From: Laetmonice hystrix
Taxonomy: Eukaryota
Assembly (NCBI GenBank): GCA_965235115.1
Contig: OZ249436.1
Location: forward strand, 34,598,001-34,662,000
Direction of reading: 5' to 3'
DNA: 64,000 nt
Shown here in pieces: positions 23,401 to 35,680 of the stretch; positions within the stretch are counted from its first letter, which is position 1, and each line of letters opens with the position of its first letter. Under the pieces are notes generated by a model. It was not told where the DNA came from. It did no database searches and saw only the letters and a program-made list of their open reading frames with translations. A program made the position numbers and the translations under genes.

Positions 23401-26400
23401 TTAAATCTAGCCTCAAAATATTTTTAACTCTGCTTGTATCTTAACATGCCACGATTCTTCTATGTTTACAACTGTGCGCCATTCCCCGGAAGTGGCTCTG
23501 TTTCATCTATTATCGTCCCACTGAACGCCGTCACTTGCACGCCCTATTGCTTGTTTTAAAGAAAACTATCTCCTACTATAGTCCACTCGTTATGTATCCA
23601 CTCTAATATTATGTTGATAACTCTTTCATAAGGCGATCTACCACAGACTGTTAAAGGGCTGAAAATGAATTATGAACCGACTGCCCTTCTGACTTGACTA
23701 CCGACAAGTGATTCATTGGTCGCTGAACTATACATTTTAACTGAATATATAATCAATGTAACAAATATATCAATTAAGCGTAATAAGCCACTGTCACAAA
23801 CATCGACCAGACGTAGGTCTATATGATATACATTATGAAATTAATGACGGTAGTCAGTCGATACTGCACCGAGTCTGGCTTCCAACTTTCGGTTTGTTAT
23901 CATGAACTATTTTCCCTGGATTATTTTTAATGTATACTCCATGCGAGGTATTAATAATGTCTTAGAAATAGTTGATTAACCGGGTGTATACGCTTATTTA
24001 GTATTTCTTTCTTCAAACACGTTATCGTGACAGCAATCGGAAATTTACGTCGACATTTGCTATGTATGAACCATCTAGGGCTATATTGACATCGCATTTC
24101 ATCGTCTGGCGGCACGGGTCAATACCAAATGATGCCATCCCATTATATAATCGATTGCTTGTAACTCAAACATTTACCAAATCATATATGTGTGAAAACC
24201 TCATGGAAAAATGATTTGAGCTGTACAAGCAATCAGGCAGAGAGATCAAGCGTGACATGCTAAAGAAAAGGGGGAAAACAGAAGAGGAAGTGTGAAGTAG
24301 GGGCAAGTTTTAGTCAGGTCCATGACCTAAATGATATAATTTACTTTCCTTCTTTTAAAGCATTTGCTAAAAAAAATTATGTAGTAGCAGCCATCTTGGT
24401 AACCGTTCTCATGTCGAGTAGAGCCGTTCAGAGACATAAACGATGAGCCAAGTCGCTAAGTAAGGTTCCAAGAAAATGTGCTCTTGTGAAATATCATCTT
24501 TTGACAAATATAGGGGTTGAAGAAATCCCAAGAGAATCGTATATTGTATCATGACCTGCCAAGTACTATAAAGGGTAGCCGGCATCAGGGCCAAAATAGG
24601 CGTGCAACCGTCTATAGGTTGAGGTACATTTAACAACGGGACACAATTGTTCTTCATTGTAGGAAAGGTCTCCCAAAACTGGACATGAAGACCTAGGCCT
24701 ATTCATAGATGGCCGGCCAATTGGCATCTTATATCTTTTGACCAGCCGATACGCATGTTCTCTCCCTCTTCAAAAAACAGAAAGCTCTTGGTCTCTCCTT
24801 CTTGAAGAAGAGAGTTTCACCCAACGCGCCTCGTGGTGGGCGCAATGGGTGGAGAATTCCTTCCTCAAATTAAGACTACCCCTAACCTATCCTTAACGCT
24901 CTGTGATTGGCTATAATAATCTATAAGGACTTATCTCAGCACACCACTCGGCACGCTGCGGTGAAAACTCTCTTCTTGACGAAGCAGAGACTAACAGAAT
25001 TCTTTCCCTCTGTTTCTGGTGTTCAATGCTGTGAACAACGCTGCATTGTTCAGTGCCTCCCCGTTGAGAAATAATCACACATTATGAAATATTCATCCTG
25101 AACCGGAACGCTCACATCCGGTTGGGGCGAAATGCCGGTACACTGGGAAACCGGAATCTTGTAGTACTTGTAAGGACTACAGTGACTCATTCCCTGAGGA
25201 TGATGACCGAATCATCGATGTATACAGGGCCGTATATGCAGCCTAACATTGCTAGAGGGGAAGACCTAAGTTCAGAAGCGCACCCTGATCACAAGGATAA
25301 ATTCACACCCTTAAAAAGGGCACCTGTTCATAAAAATGATACTTTTTCACCATGATTACTGGCGGGCCCCCTGGATCCCCCACTGATATTTCATGCCCCT
25401 TTGCGCCAAATGCGTCATATTCTTTGGCGAGGAGGGAGCTGTCCCAGAGATGAGAACGAACAGCTTTGTCTCAACAAGTTTTATAAGCCCCCATTTTTAG
25501 GTGAACCTCGAGGCAGGGCATGAGTAGGCCTAACCTATAGTCCAAACGGACCGTTTTACGATACAGTACTGTTCGAGACAAGATAATTGATGGTCTTAGG
25601 AATATCGCTCAAGTTAAAAGTAGCTGCCGACAGTAGAAATATCTGTCTTATTGAGTTGAGCTTTGGTGTACAAAATGAATGACATGAAAGAAACTTTTCT
25701 AAGCTAAATAGACACCTTTAGACAGGCATCCTTTGAAAGAAACGATATTTTCATACATTATTTTTTAATTTGTTTCTGGTTGTGACAGTACATGTCAGAA
25801 AATGCTGACTGTCACAATACGCGTAGCGACTTCATTGATTCGTGTAGTCCTAGGAGAGAGGCTTAGTTATTTATACGTGTACGAACATGCATCCACAGAA
25901 AACAGTCACGGGATTCATGTCTCTTTGTTAGCCGTTATAATGAGGATAATGGGGACAAAATACTGTTGCTAGTCCAAGGTAATTTTATACTGATTCCTGA
26001 CTATGGTAACTCTATGAAAACAATGCAATATCGCATGAATATAAAACTAGTGGTCAGCTATAGCACGATTAGAGAGTTTTCAAATTCACAAGTCCATCTC
26101 TGAAGGGTTTATGCAGGAACATAAGGTAGAGATAAATCAAACATTAAGTTTTCATTAAGCATACGCTTCGCAATATTTGTATTACGTGTACCTTAGGTAT
26201 TGCAAATGGAATACGGTGTTGCAAATGGAATACTCAGCATTCAATGAAGACGAGGCCCAGTTATCTAACTCGTCCTCTAGGGACAAAAGCAGAGATAATT
26301 GAACGAACGTCAGAGAAATCAATTACACTGCATGTATACCTCAGCTAGACCGCCAGCGACAACTGACATACACCCAATGGGTAAACTGTCTCCTCATACA

Positions 26401-29400
26401 AACACAGTCATGTATACCTCAGCTATAGACCGCCAGCGACAACTGACATACATCCAATGGGTAAACTGTCTCCTCATACAAACACAGCCATGTATACCTC
26501 AGCTATAGACCGACAGCGACAACTGACATACACCCAATGGGTAAACTGTCTCCTCATACAAACACAGTCATGTATACCTCAGCTATAGACCGCCAGCGAC
26601 AACTGACATACATCCAATGGGTAAACTGTCTCCTCATACAAACACAGCCATGTATACCTCAGCTATAGACCGACAGCGACAACTGACATACATCCAATGG
26701 GTAAACTGTCTCCTCATACAAACACAGCCATGTATACCTCAGCTATAGACCGACAGCGACAACTGACATACATCCAATGGGTAAACTGTCTCCTCATACA
26801 AACACAGCCATGTATACCTCAGCTATAGACCGACAGCGACAACTGACATACATCCAATGGGTAAACTGTCTCCTCATACAAACACAGCCATGTATACCTC
26901 AGCTAGACCGCCAGCGACAACTGACATACACCCAATGGGTAAACTGTCTCCTCATACAAACACAGCCATGTATACCTCAGCTATAGACCGCCAGCGACAA
27001 CTGACATACATCCAGTGGGTAAACCGTCTCCTCATACAAACACAGCCATGTATACCTCAGCTATAGACCGCCAGCAACAACTGACATACACCCAATGGGT
27101 AAACTCTCTCCTCATACAAACACAGCCATGTATACCTCAGCTATAGACCGACAGCGACAAATGACATAGGCCTACATCCAATGGGTAAACTCTCTCCTCA
27201 TACAAACACAGCCATGTATACCTCAGCTATAGACCGACAGCGACAACTGACATAGGCCTACATCCAATGGGTAAACTGTCTCCTCATATAAACACAGCCA
27301 GCACTTTATGTGCTCCCATTGCCAAATTTATAACCTTTTCTCCGTCATTACCAGACCAAAGATATACGCCACCGTGTAGATGGACGTCGCTAGGATTTAT
27401 TTCAGGGCACACAACCTGATATGGAGGGTGGAGCCAATCACATTGGCGTTTCATATTGATACATTTTATTTTTTTCTCATATTTTCCAGGTGGCCACGTG
27501 CCCCCCCCCCCCCTCCCGAAGCCGATGCATCAGGGCCGTGGCATGGGAACATATATAAAAATGTATTTTCTATGTTTGTTTCATGAAATGTAGCTTATCA
27601 ATGAGCTTGCCAATTTGCAGTTCCCGTCACAACGCTTAGCATCGAGGATGAAACCGACAGCTGTTGATTGACGGATTAGTTGGCAAAGTGGGCGCGAGCA
27701 AACTTTCGAGAACACAGCATGTGTTTTGACGGTGCTTTTCTATCCTTTTCAGTTACCGATGACCTGGCCAAGTGGTGTTCTATCTATGAGGCTAGCCCTT
27801 GTGGCCCCCACAAGGAGGGGCGGCCGAACAGGTCACCGGATGCCAGACATCCCCACAAACGGCACGGTTATAGATGTCTCAATAGGCCGCTCGGTGTTTC
27901 AATAGGACGTGCCGTGTCGTCAATATTACATTACACTTTGCAAGGTTATGGTGGACGGCCGTGTATGAGGGACAGAGCACCGCTCGAATCTTTTGGTCGG
28001 CGCACACCTGAGCCCTGAGGTCAATGTGTTTACAGCTAGGTTTGTGTTGTTATCTGCCCTTGTTTGGAATCAAGCATCAAAGTGACCACCAACTGTGGCC
28101 TGACGAGGATACACCCTGGCTTGTACGGCGTTGTACTTTCTGTACATTATCAACTTTGTAAGGCATGCCTGTTTAAAATAATTTAAGTTTAGATTTTTTT
28201 CTTTAATTGATTTTCAGAAAAAGGATGGTACCAATCCTCACCTTGTGCATCAACTATAGGGGTTTCGTTCAGCCTATATATACTACTAAAGACATTACAT
28301 AAATAGCTTCCAGTGGCTAACATTATGTTTATAATAAACCATCACTGCTGCCTGCATTCATGGCGCGGCAGAGGGGAGCACTAGGAGCGAGACGCTACAA
28401 ATGTACTAAATTATTTAGCATGTTGTTGAAAAAAATTTATAATTCATAGAACTGAGTAAGTGACAATAGTTACAGGCAGTAATTGAACATAACAATATTG
28501 GCTGATCCCGCCCACATAACCCAACTGGCTCGAGGCAATGGATTGGTATACGGTAATCATGTGGCTGGAAGAGGAAGAGGTTCGCCTTGAGGTCTGTGGC
28601 GGCTGAGAATGGTTCGTGCTGCACAGACCACCAAATCAATCAGAAGAAATAACCGATATTATCTCCCACGGTGCTTTGTAATGCTACAGCATACCATGTC
28701 CTTGATCCGTAAGGTTGCTTTTAGCCAAATGAATGGTCGTATTGTGGAACGGCCTCAATGATGTCTGCCTTAAGATAAGTAGGGTAGGTAAGGGAATGCA
28801 CGAAGATATGTGCAGATACTCTCTGTGTGCACCTCACGTCGCAGGTTCATATTTCTATATATAACAAAGGCCACTCGAGGTGAACAAATGGGACTATCAG
28901 GTGATGTGCACTAAATGTACCAGGTTGTCACAGCGAATGCCTGAGGCAATCCACAAGCCACGTTCCACTTGAGCAATCTCCCAACAACTGTCATGAAACG
29001 AAGAGCAAGGGCAACAATATCGCTATGCTGTAGATAATACAGCAACTCTGGCCGAAAATTAAAGGAGGTCACCATTTTCTCTTCATTTAGCGGAACTATT
29101 ACGTTTTTGTGATTTCATTGTGAGTGCTAGAAAACTGTAGGTTGGATGGCGGGAACTCCTGTTACAAGTGTGCCTTCCTAAGTGCCCGACAAACCCGACA
29201 TCAAAGTGGCCACATAAAAATTCATTCAAGTAATATCATGAGAATGCTCATTTTTTCGTGTTTAATGGGACATGAGCCAAGGCTAAAAGCTTCTATATAT
29301 AGGCCCATAGTCGTCTTTTCTCATGGTACTTCATTTTTGTTCAAAACAGGTATTATGAACATCAGTATAATAATTTATGTTATAATGTAACTATGGCTGG

Positions 29401-32400
29401 AAGAACACTATAGGTATATTATTATTATTATCGCACGGCTTTTGCTATAAGAGACGATTTGGTTGTAGTTTCTTTACGTCAATCACAATACACGTAAATA
29501 TAATATAAATTAATCAAGGACAGTAATTACTCCTAATTTATCTTGGCCGTCGTTTCCTTTCCTAAGAGACCGTATGGCGAACTGTAATTCCCTTCGACTT
29601 TGCTCAGCTCCTAATACTAGGTTGTATAGGCCATACCACAGAGGACACCTAACAAATGACCGCTAAACATGGGGCAGATTTGACATGTCAGTTCTCTGCC
29701 GAACACATACCCAATCATGGCTAGCACTGAATGCTCAGCTTTTTCGAGAAGCCGACTTAGCGTTTAACCAACTGGACCTATACGTCGCGCTGGATGTCGG
29801 CCAAGATGTTATGGTAAGGCCAAAAAAAAAAATAGATTCGTTTCTTGTCCCCGCGCGCGTCACCTAAAAACCCCCGCGTCAAGTCTTTTTTTTTCAAATC
29901 CGACTGCTTCATATGGTGGGCAGTGTAGTGCTGTGACAGAACGTTGCAACGGTTCTTTGGCGTTGGCGCTTTTCTGTTAGTCTTGTTGATTTTATGTGAG
30001 TTTTACACATTCTAAAACATTGAACATCATTGCATTAGTCTTTTCTTCAAGATTTATGTACCCAACAGCAATTGCATTCGAAGAATCGGCCGTTCTCTAG
30101 TTGCATCCAAAAAAAAAAAAAGAAAGACGAAAAAAAAAAAAAAACCGCGTCACCGCACCAATTTTTTTATATGAAAGGACAAGAAACGAAACTTTTTTTT
30201 TTTTTGGCCTAAGTAACTACTTAGCTGTGGCCGGACTTGATCATATGGTCGCTTTACAACTCACACGTTAATGTCAATAACAGGGACATTCAAGCTATAA
30301 TTAAGTCTTCCTCGACGCCATTTGGAAAACGTCTTTGTTGAAGCAGTTAATACTATAAAGACCCACACAATCAATTTACATTAATGGGGGCAATGTACAT
30401 GCTGTTGTAAACAGATTATGATGATGGTTTTGATGATAACAAATGTACAAGTCGAGAAGTATTGCATGTGGATCTGTTTAGGAGTATTACAACTTACAAA
30501 CTAGTACGCTTTGTTATTAATGATGCCTGTTTGCCTATAGCCTAGTTGTATGTTTATATGATTTACATGAGGTCCGTCTAATAAGAAGTCCGTTTTGGAA
30601 CCTGGTAGACCGGACGGTTCATTTTGGTCTAGATATTTGTCAAGAGGATTTCCAAAGAGAATATAGCTATGAGTAATTATGTAATGGTGATATGTATTGA
30701 GATACACCACTGAGCTACCTCTTAGAATCAAAGAGATAAAGCCAAGGACAAAACACCATACTTGTGTCAAGTTCTGGTCACTCGCAGTCACTCGACTTTG
30801 TCGAAGAAATGAGTGGCATGCCGTAATGACGTATGGATATTGTCCCATAAGAAGACAGGGGGTTCCAGGATTTTTATAAGGGGGAGGGGCACTAACATTT
30901 TTTTAGCCTCGCTACGCCCGGCATGATTTGATTGTGCCTGTATCACACACACAGAATCACCCCTATTAACACACTTTTTCACCATTACTCACCCACTAAC
31001 ACACTTCTAAATGTTTTATTGTATTGAAATACTATATATTATTCAAATATAGTCATAGCATCTTCATTAAAAAAAGAATATCTAAGGGGGCCTGGGCCCC
31101 CTGGGCTCCTTTGAATCCCCCAGTGGACGAATAATAGCGTTATTCACTGCTGGTTTCAACAGAAATGCGCCGATTTAGTAGGTGTCATTTTTCACCAGCC
31201 TGTATACTCCCATACTGATTTTCTTATTGTGGCCAGGTTTTTCATTTCCTGTGTTTAACCCCCCGTTTCCGAGGAGATAAGCCTGTACTAACTATAATAC
31301 AGGCATTGGTATTATACCCTAATACCACCAGATGCATAGACTACGCTTTCCACCTTATTGGGCACTTATTCGACCATTGCATAATCTGCTGTCGATTTGA
31401 GATGTAGGTTCTATAAATAGACTTCTTCATAAATGTCAGACCATATACTCGCTTGTGTGACGATACATTATTCCGTATGGCGATTATGTATAGAAACTAG
31501 CTTAATATCGCAAGGATCTTATAAGCAGCCAGTATATATATAGCTATAACAGATGTAGAAAGATATAATACTGCAAATAAGACGTTTACAACTCAGCATA
31601 ATTCTGCAAAGTAATAATCGGTTTTGTTGTTTGCTTCAGTGTATGCATGGCCTCGATATAATTATTTAACATGAATTAACATATTAAACTTGAATTATTC
31701 TTAAAATGATAAATAATGAAAGAGGGTGAAGAGCCAGGAAAGTACAGCACTCACCTTATCCTTGAGCAGGTTATCGATCTCCTCAATGGGCTGACTAAAT
31801 AACTCCTTGGGAAAGTCTTGTTCGAGGTGTTCGGGTAACATATTGCCCTCCACCAGGTAAGGATCCCGAGCCTTGACTGGTTCGTCCCCATCATCCCCGC
31901 CCTCATCGTAGACCAGTTCACCATCCACAAGCCGGCCTTCTCCGGGTCCATCGGACTTCTCTATCGCCTTTCTCTTCCACTCTTCCTCCTTTTGCAGCAA
32001 ACGTTTGTAAGAGTCAACGGTAAATTTCCTGAATTGGAAAGGGGGAAGGCTTGAGGATGCGTTGCTGACTGCGTCGTCGTCCTTGGGGAGTGGTGGTTGG
32101 TCTGAATCCGGTGGTACGGCCCGGGACTGGTCTGATTCAGGTGGTACGGCCCGGGACTGGTCTGATTCAGGTGGTACGGCCCGGGACTGGTCTGTCTCAG
32201 GTGGCACGGCCTTGGACTGTTCTGATTCAGGTGGCACGGCCTTGGACTGCTCTGAGTCCGGGGGCACGGCCTTGGACTGCTCTGAGTCCAGGGGCACGGG
32301 TTTGGACTGGTCTGAGTCCAGGGGCACGGCCTTGGACTGGTCTGAGTCCAGGGGCACGGCCTTGGACTGATCCCCGATAGACCCATCTGACGCTGGAACG

Positions 32401-32588
32401 TGAATGACCTCGATGGATTCACGATCATCACTGGACTCGGACGCCGGTGGTCCATCTCCGACAGCCCCAGCAGTAGGACCAGCAGCAGGAGCAGGAGCAG
32501 CAGGAGGCACAGCCGTGGCCTTGGCAGGGGAACCGCCCTTTTTATCCTTACCCGGGCTGCTCCTTAACCCTTCTCCTTGTGCTTTCAT
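8499..32588 (-). CDS. Nav2: Voltage-gated sodium channel alpha subunit, Nav2 (DSC1/NaCP60E/BSC1-like, DEEA filter); 24 coding exons, about 2138 aa
   Basis: Exons in transcript order (plus-strand coordinates): 31755-32588, 21142-21359, 20848-20976, 20483-20592, 20154-20357, 19795-19852, 19389-19533, 18811-18945, 17691-18191, 17357-17459, 16964-17190, 16652-16816, 16334-16536, 15916-16066, 15115-15388, 14722-14861, 14256-14551, 13658-13973, 13216-13338, 12611-12889, 12109-12300, 11778-11888, 10020-10290, 8499-9730. All introns are GT-AG with matching phases; total 6417 nt. Four S4 segments; pore loops [24 protein letters not shown] and [15 protein letters not shown] linker [19 protein letters not shown]-like motif LQRAWRKH. 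Confidence 0.95.
12380..12513. mobile_element. Palindromic MITE with GGCC termini in a Nav2 intron
   Basis: ggccccggtttcaagaaactgatttg...caaatcagtttcttgaaaccggggcc forms a near-perfect foldback. Confidence 0.75.
15658..15848. repeat. Tandem repeat, about 60-bp unit, about 3 copies
   Basis: cactt(c/t)aaaagc(c/t)gaac...caaccttgtatgaa...gaat is repeated three times. Confidence 0.75.
22650..22802. repeat. Direct tandem duplication, about 77 bp x2
   Basis: gcacgtt..gacccctagaagtaagaactgatcgggtacaacgagaaaggcagagtgatttcagcccggtatatcg occurs twice. Confidence 0.85.
22803..22985. mobile_element. Foldback element with a degenerate (CCCTAA)n core
   Basis: Arms cccatgataactt...ccacgaaa and tttcgtgg...aagttatcatggg flank ccctaacc/ccctat repeats. 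Confidence 0.55.
24790..24993. mobile_element. Foldback element with a ccctaacc core
   Basis: gtctctccttcttgaagaagagagtttcacc ... ggtgaaaactctcttcttgacgaagcagagac are inverted arms. Confidence 0.6.
26331..27300. repeat. Minisatellite, 80-bp unit, about 12 copies, in the first Nav2 coding intron
   Basis: Unit catgtatacctcagctatagaccg(a/c)cagcgacaactgacataca(t/c)ccaatgggtaaactgtctcctcatacaaacacag(c/t). Period 80 (gtaaactgtc at 26461, 26541, 26621, 26701, 26781, 26861), with 78-bp and 86-bp variants. Confidence 0.95.
29818..30209. mobile_element. MITE with GGCC termini and TAA TSD (PIF/Harbinger-like)
   Basis: TIR ggcc(a)n...ttcgtttcttgtcc / ggacaagaaacgaa...(t)nggcc; TAA at 29815-29817 and 30210-30212. 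Confidence 0.75.
32097..32372 (-). repeat. Coding minisatellite, 30-bp unit x9, encoding (D/E)QS(K/R)AVP(L/P)(D/E)S in the Nav2 N-terminus
   Basis: 30-nt periodicity on the plus strand (tctgagtccaggggcacggccttggactgg and variants), in frame with the 295-aa ORF. Confidence 0.95.
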
Positions 32589-34338
32589 TGCTGATTCTCG
32601 TCTTGTCAGCTCTGTGGACTGTCGGACGTTTCCAGATCCCTGTTTGAATACGTCAGCGAGTTACTGTGATTGTCTCCCACTGACAAGGGCAAGGAAATTT
32701 GCCCGGAATGTGTATTCACAGAAGATGGTTGTAAACAATTGAGTTGTCCATGAAGGCAAATGACACCAGGTAACGATCCTCCAACGCCCATTACACAAGC
32801 GATCCGGACATCCATACCCTTCGCCCTGTTTCCATAATCGATTCCAAACTTGCACTCACAGAGACTCTGTATGGACAGGGCCTCCTTCTCTCCCCGGCAG
32901 ACTAATTTCCAACGGTAAAGGTGGTGTAGGCCTACCTTGATTTCGCAACCTTTAGGGAGTGCCACCTTTTGTGTCCATGTATAATCCGCCTGACGACGGC
33001 GGCTCAGACCAGATTTTTCACCTGGATGGTGAATGCCCCTCGCTTGTGCTTGTGTACATATATATTTAAAGCTCCATGCCGGATAGGTTAAGTCAAAAGG
33101 CTTATCCTATCTGATGAAGAACTTTATCCTTGGCCACTGAGTCAGCCAACGGTATAGAGACCAAACAACTAGCAGTAAAAATCAAATCACCATGGCCAGT
33201 AGCAACGTCAGTATTGTAGTTGACTCCTAATTTGTCCAAATTTTCTATCTGCAGTCGGTCCTCTGAACAATAAAAGAATATGTCGAGTCAAGATTCCAGA
33301 AGCGAGTCCAGGCACTTGGTAAGAAGACACTGCTGTTACTCCAGGACGTTCCTTCCGTTCTCCGGTTGTCATCCCGATACAAAAGTTACTAACTCAATAC
33401 ATCACTAGCCTTCTGATAAAACATCCCAAGATCTGAGCTGTTGTTTGCTGAGGACAAACGTGTGAAAGCCAATATGTTCTTCTTCAGTATCATCCGCCGG
33501 TGGGCTTCATGACTGACGGCTTATAGGTTACAAAATAACAGTGACGGTAAGGCGACTTCCTTGGCCTGGCCGGGGCGTTAAGCTATCGACGGTATGCCGA
33601 GTGGTCAGTGACCCGCCTTGGCAACGCGGCTATTATCCAGCTATATGTTTGTGACAACCAAGGTGGTCAACCGGTCGCCTATTGTTTGTGGGGACCAATG
33701 ATAAACTAGGACTTGGAGGCATTCCGCTTACATCACGGCTTACCGACAACTTCACACCCCTTCCAAAGTTTTTAACACGTGTTCCTTCCATTTTCTTACC
33801 GATACTCCATGCTCTGTAACATCAAACATGATCATTTGTTTATTTGTATGGTTGAGTAAGAAGTGAAAGTTTACAGGGCCGGATTTATCTCTGAGATAAT
33901 AACACGTATGCACATTCTACTGACCATTTATCATAAACAATTCATGTTTTCATTTAACTTAAATTTTTCTTATGAAAAATTAAACTATTCAAAGTTTTAA
34001 TACTAATCCGACCCCGCCCCCAAATTAAAGAATAAATGTGATCATCTCAATCGCTTTATCTGTCATTTGAAATATCTCTTGGCGTAATAAACATAATCTT
34101 AACGGGCAAACCGGACTGGTCCAGTTCAAATGGTAATCTATAGAGGGTTTTGTGACGTACCCGACAAACCCTATGATGTGAACGCTTTTCGTATGGTCAT
34201 GGGTGTTGTGGTGGTTACAGTTACAGTTTATAGTGGTACCATCCGGGCCGTAACCAGAACTTAAAAAGCGACGAGGCGAAGACAGCTCTTCTAGGGGGGT
34301 CTGGTGGCATGCTCCCCTAGAAATAGAAATCTCTTATA

Positions 34339-34600
34339 TCAATGACTCCAAAAATGCAGACATGGGCTGTTAGGTGAATGAAATTCATCGGTTTTTCGCC
34401 CGGTGAAATTCATTGATTTATATCGCTCGATGAATTTCATTGGCTGTTCAAGTCAATACCAGGTCAACTATTTTGTCAACAAACAACCATTAGACGATCG
34501 CTTCATAGCGACAATAGCGTGGGTATACATTTATTGATTTATGTAGTCTAAGGCCTTATCTAACTATACCAACCCATGTCTGCATTTTGGAGTGATTGAA
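34339..34600. repeat. Inverted repeat / MITE-like element
   Basis: tcaatgactccaaaaatgcagacatggg ... cccatgtctgcattttggagtgattga, with internal aatgaaattcatcg palindromes. Confidence 0.55.
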
Positions 34601-34999
34601 ATAAGAGATACTCGGTGATTGCTTTAATTAGGCAGCTATGTCTCTGAAACAAAACAGTCCTTCCAGAAAATGTAAACAGAGCGCTAAATAGAGACTATAA
34701 TGTATCCATTTCCAAATAAGACATAACGCTTTGTTCATGATCTAGTATAGACAAATAATGACGTTAGCCATCCATTACTTAAAGGTCGGCACAGGTGTGT
34801 CTGTGGGGGAGATGAGCTTACCAAGCCACGGAGGTCCCCCTATAATTATAATACGAGGCGTCTATCTTCAAACACCCCCTCCCCGAGACAGACAAATAGG
34901 TGTATGGTGATAACGTTGGCCTTGGATACTCTGCTTGATTGATCAAACCTAGCTCACCTATAGCGCAGCCGTCAGTATATACTGGGCATTCATTATATA

Positions 35000-35680
35000 C
35001 AGGGTGTCCCAAAAAAATGTCCAGGCCAAAACAGGCAATCTCAGAATATATGTTTCCCCGGAACCTGATGGGGACCTTACATGAAAAAATACTCTTTATA
35101 TCATGAAAATCAGTCAAGCGAATCATTTTTTTTAGCTCTAGTTCATGAACTTCATGAACTAGATCTGATTATCTGAAAAATAGGCAGTCACTGGCCGTAG
35201 TCAATTAGTCTGATGCTTATTGGGGTTGGGAGCTTTTTTTTATATCATTTTGTCCACATGTGTATGCATGGCCAAGATGGGTGGCCAACAGTTCATAACT
35301 GAGCAGCGTGTCTTTTTGGTCGAAACAGTTTGAAGGACAGGTAGGTGGTGAATGAAATGTCATTAAAAGTGAATGTTAATGTAAATGGTGTTAAGAAAAT
35401 TTATTGTAAATGATAATAGTAATTGCAAATAAAGCAAAAAATAAAGAATAAATAAAGAATAATGAAAACAAATAAAGGAAAGAAAATGCAATGAAAAATT
35501 AAGAAAAGTCACACACTCCATGCAAGTTTAGGGCTGACCTTGCCGCGCCAAAAATGATATAACTTTTGATTCGCTTGATCGATTTTGATGAAATAAAGAC
35601 TATATCTCATGTAAGAAGATTCCCCGTCAGGTTCTGGGGAAACATAGATTCTGAGATTGCTTGGTTTGGGGGACACCCTG
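35000..35680 (+). mobile_element. Tc1/mariner-superfamily non-autonomous element
   Basis: TA|cagggtgtccc ... gggacaccctg|TA, with about 120-bp imperfect TIRs. Internal relic MAKMGGQQFITEQRVFLVET* (35268-35333) resembles a transposase N-terminal HTH start. Confidence 0.8.

Noticed and set aside
26331..27300. Regular repeat array resembling CRISPR, with short ORFs
   Set aside because: The units are contiguous with no unique spacers, there are no cas genes, and it lies in a eukaryotic intron. The ORFs are by-products of the repeat.
31961..32455. Alternative-frame and antisense repeat ORFs over the Nav2 first coding exon
   Set aside because: They are shadows of the 30-bp coding repeat. Only the 295-aa frame continues into the conserved Nav N-terminus (EEID...KDK|TFVVI).
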